This document shows positions 60,701 through 64,000 of a stretch of DNA of 64,000 nucleotides, piece after piece. A model generated the notes under the pieces. The model saw only the letters and a program-made list of their open reading frames with translations. It did no database searches and was not told the origin of the DNA. Origin of the DNA: Squalus acanthias (taxonomy: Eukaryota). The DNA is taken from assembly GCA_030390025.1 (NCBI GenBank), contig CM059432.1, positions 98,954,001 to 99,018,000 of the forward strand, written 5' to 3'. Both the position numbers and the translations under genes were made by a program. How positions within the stretch are numbered: position 1 is the first letter of the stretch; each line of letters starts with the position of its first letter.

Positions 60701-61846
60701 AAGGCATAAAAATTGGGTGCTGGCTGTTTAATCAAGAGATGGGTAGAGATGTTTTGTGATCCATTCCGAATGATTTCAGGATATTTACCCTCTCTTCTGA
60801 CACTCCCCTTTAATTGTCCCCATCTCTTTTAACTATAATTTATATACAGTTTTCTGCTCCCGCCACTATTGTGCCTCCTGAACCCATCAGAATCTGCATT
60901 TGAACTATGCAAATGAGGTAACCACAGAAAAGTAGGTGCATGGAGCACACTTCCATTTGGCTCTGTCTAAAACCCACCAATAATCAGTCCATTCTAAATT
61001 GCACCTATATCACAAACTCTAGGCAGGTAAGACCATATTTTAACCACTGAAGCCTTTGGACAATGTTAATGGGCCAGAATTTACTGTAGGCAGCACTTGA
61101 CCTTTGTTAGACTTGCCCTTGCCCATTTAATTACCATGAGCTTTTGCATTGCAAGTTGCTGGACGTGAGTTAAAAATAGCATGGCACCCTCTACTGAGCA
61201 TCTGAGACCTGTGTGAACAGGACAAACAACTGTGTGTCTCCTTAACCAATCAGATTGAAGCATTGTTATTGAACAGTGCAGAGTCTGAACCAGGGGCTGC
61301 GAATTCGGCGGCGCTCAGAGGGCGGGTTAGGAGGCGGGTCGATAGCGGAAATCGAAATGATTGACGGCGGGTTGTGAACTCGCCGCCATCCCGCCTCCAC
61401 ACTACTTTGACAAGTGTCGGGTCAGCGAGTCCCAATCTGACTCGACACCAAACGGGATATTTACCCTCGGGAGAGGCACTTAAGGCAGTTAACAGCTTGT
61501 TCACTGCCTTGCTAATCCTATTTTAACAGCCTGTTGCAATTTTGCAGCTTTTTCTGCGTGTTGCCCATCATCGGAAAAACGCGCCAGCTGCCTTGTGCCG
61601 GGTTTACCAAGGACCTGAATTGTTGGCAGCTGCTCCAGCAGCTTAAAAGTGGTCCTACAACATGGCTGAGTTTCAGATGCCACAACTTAGTGCTTTGAGG
61701 TTTTGGGACACATTTTTCAGCTCTACTGATCTTGTGAGTATTCAAGCTGAAATCCAGCTGCAGTGTGACCTCCTTGGAAAACCCTCTGGCCACTTTGGCT
61801 GAGTGCAAACAACCTCTATTCCTCGACTGAGATATATTCCAGCAGT

Positions 61847-63973
61847 ATGGGAACCGTTTATATCCTCTCATCCTGGTCATCAGATTCGGAGGAAGAGCAG
61901 CCGTGGCAGCAGCACAACCAGGCACAGCAGCAGCACCAGCACCAGGAGCACCAACCTCCTCCTCAGCCACCTGATGCTGCACAGGGCAGACGGTGTCAGC
62001 GCAGGGCTGCACCGCGCCGCAGGAGATACCCCCAACACAGGGTTTACAGGCAGAGGATGAGCTTCCTCAACATGAGTGAGCAGCAGTGACAAAGGAGCCT
62101 GAGACTTTTGCGAGAGGTAGGGGGTGATTTTCTCAATGGGGAGCTTTTGGAGGCGGGACTCCCACTTGTCGGGTTTCAGTCCCGCCTCCATCAACTTCTG
62201 GCCAACCCAGGCTATTTTCCCTTGATTGACCTTGTTAAGCCCAGCGGGCTTAGCAGGCCAATTAAGGGAAAGCCAGTTGCAGAGAACGTCAACGTATGAT
62301 GTTTCATCTGTCAAAAACATTTGACAGATGAATTGTCATCGTTTGACAGCTCTATGAAGCTGTCAAACAGTGACATTCTCTGTAGTTTGATGAGGTCTTG
62401 AATTCAAGACCTCATCAAACTTCTTTCTCTTACAGAATTGAGATGGTTGTTGCATCTGACAATGAAACGGCCATCTGTCATCTCCAACGCAGAGGTCCGA
62501 GACTCTCCGCATACAAACCGACTGAAGCCTGCAGGAAGAAACAAAGGTACACTTTTACTAACACTTTGCACTTACCTCAGATACTCACCTCTACACCCTT
62601 GCACCCAATAACTTACCTTCACAGCACACTTTTGCACCCCCCGACCCCGCAGACCCAGTACTCGCCTCGCTGACCTGGCGGGTTTCGGAGCCTTTGGGAA
62701 GCCCGCACTTGTGAGGGCAAAAAGGGGATAATCCTATTTTCTGACTGTTAACTACCTGTTAACAGGCAGTTAATACGCTTTAATCCCTTCCCGCCTCCAA
62801 GGGTATCGGACCCGGCGCGGGACGGCTACCCGCCTCCTGGCAAGATGGCATGGAGGTGAGTTGGGGGCGGGTTGTGCATCCGCCCCCAAATTCTGCATTT
62901 TTCCCAGCAGTCCCGCCTTCATACATGCCTCCCCAGGGCTGGCAAAATCACTCCCGTAGTCGCTGACATCTGCACAATGCTGCACCAATACCTGGAGCCC
63001 AGAGGAGTGTGTGGACAATCCTTACCAGTGGCTGTCAAAGTCACCAACGCCCTAAACTTCTTTGCTTTGGGCTCCTTCCAGGGATCAGCTGCAGACATCA
63101 GCGGCATCTCCCAGTCGGCTGCACACACCTGCATCACGCAGGTTACCGATGCCCTCTTTGCAAAGTCGCACAATTACATCCACTTCTCCACGGATGAAGC
63201 AAATGTGACCGTGCATGCGGTTGGCTTTGTAAATATGGCAGGCTTCCCAAGGGTGCATGGCATCGTAGACTGCACACATGTGGCCATTAGGGCACCCCAT
63301 CACAACCCAGCTGTATTTGTTAACCGCAAGGGATTCCACTCCTTTAATGTCCAGCTGGTGTGTAACCACAGGAAGATCATCATGCATGTTTGCACAAAGT
63401 ACCCTGGCAGTTGCCATGACACCTTCATCCTGCGGCAGTCTACTGTGCCTCAGCTCTTCAATCCGCCAACGCAACTTTCCGGATGGCTACTTGGCGACAA
63501 GGGCTATCCCCTGAAAAGTGGCTCATGACACTGATGAGGAGGCCATCAAACGAGGCTGAGGAGCTGTACAATGTGAGCCACATTTCGACCAGAAGCATCA
63601 TCGAGCAAACCATCGGCTTGCTCAAAATGCGAGTCCAATGCCTCGACAGATCTGGTGGAGCCCTGTAGTATGCACCAGCCAGGGAGTCCAGAATCATCAT
63701 GGTCTGCAGTGCCCTGCACAACATCGCACAGCAGCGTGGCTTAGCGTTGCCTGAGGAACAAGTGGCTCAGCGCACAGCCTCCTCGGAAGAAGAGGACGAG
63801 GACGAGCAGGAGGACGAGAGGAGGACGAGGAGGAACATTAGGAGGAGGATGAGAGGAGGACGAGAAGCCATGCCTTGCGGAGCCGGATGTGGCCAACCCA
63901 GCAGCACTCGACCAAATTGCTGGCCATCAGGCAAGGGATGCATTCATTCATGCCAGATTCGCTTATGCTTTAA
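61847..63973 (+). pseudogene. Harbinger DDE transposase (HARBI1-like family), interrupted by a MITE
   Basis: [31 protein letters not shown]; stops near 62087 and 63666; frameshift near 63515; frame continuous after removing 62120-62958. Confidence 0.9.
62120..62955. mobile_element. Harbinger MITE family A inside the transposase gene
   Basis: TIRs GGGGGTGATTTT ... AAAATCACTCCC; TSD GTA (62117-62119, 62956-62958). Confidence 0.9.
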
Positions 63974-64000
63974 CCACAGGTGGCTGGCAGATGGAGATGA

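Larger units (their letters stand above)
61293..64000 (+). mobile_element. Harbinger element with a full-length decayed transposase; runs off the window
   Basis: Left end GGGGCTGCGAATTC; GGAGGCGGG subterminal motifs; upstream region homologous to 17320-17490. Confidence 0.8.

Noticed and set aside
62872..63668. Domesticated host gene HARBI1
   Set aside because: Stops, a frameshift, a MITE insertion, transposon ends and several paralogous fragments indicate transposon copies.

Overview
Vertebrate nuclear DNA, most likely a cartilaginous fish (shark-type CR1 LINEs, SacSINE1-like Deu-domain SINEs, Penelope termini). No intact host protein-coding gene, rRNA, true tRNA gene or CRISPR array is recognisable. 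Most of the window is nested transposable elements. These include PIF/Harbinger elements at every stage of reduction (decayed transposase genes, two copies of a family that kept only the spliced Myb/SANT gene, several MITE families) and many CR1 LINEs, two with uninterrupted ORF2. There is also a LINE with a tRNA-derived SINE-like 5' end plus its short form, Penelope pieces with hammerhead-ribozyme cores, a CHCC/tRNA-Trp Gypsy element, L2, RTE and a putative solo LTR. Retroelements are biased to the minus strand, and a strong + strand acceptor fused to a donor motif (CAG|GTGAGT) lies at 25324. Both suggest the window sits in a long + strand host gene. All calls come from reading the sequence by eye; family names need database confirmation and decayed boundaries are approximate.
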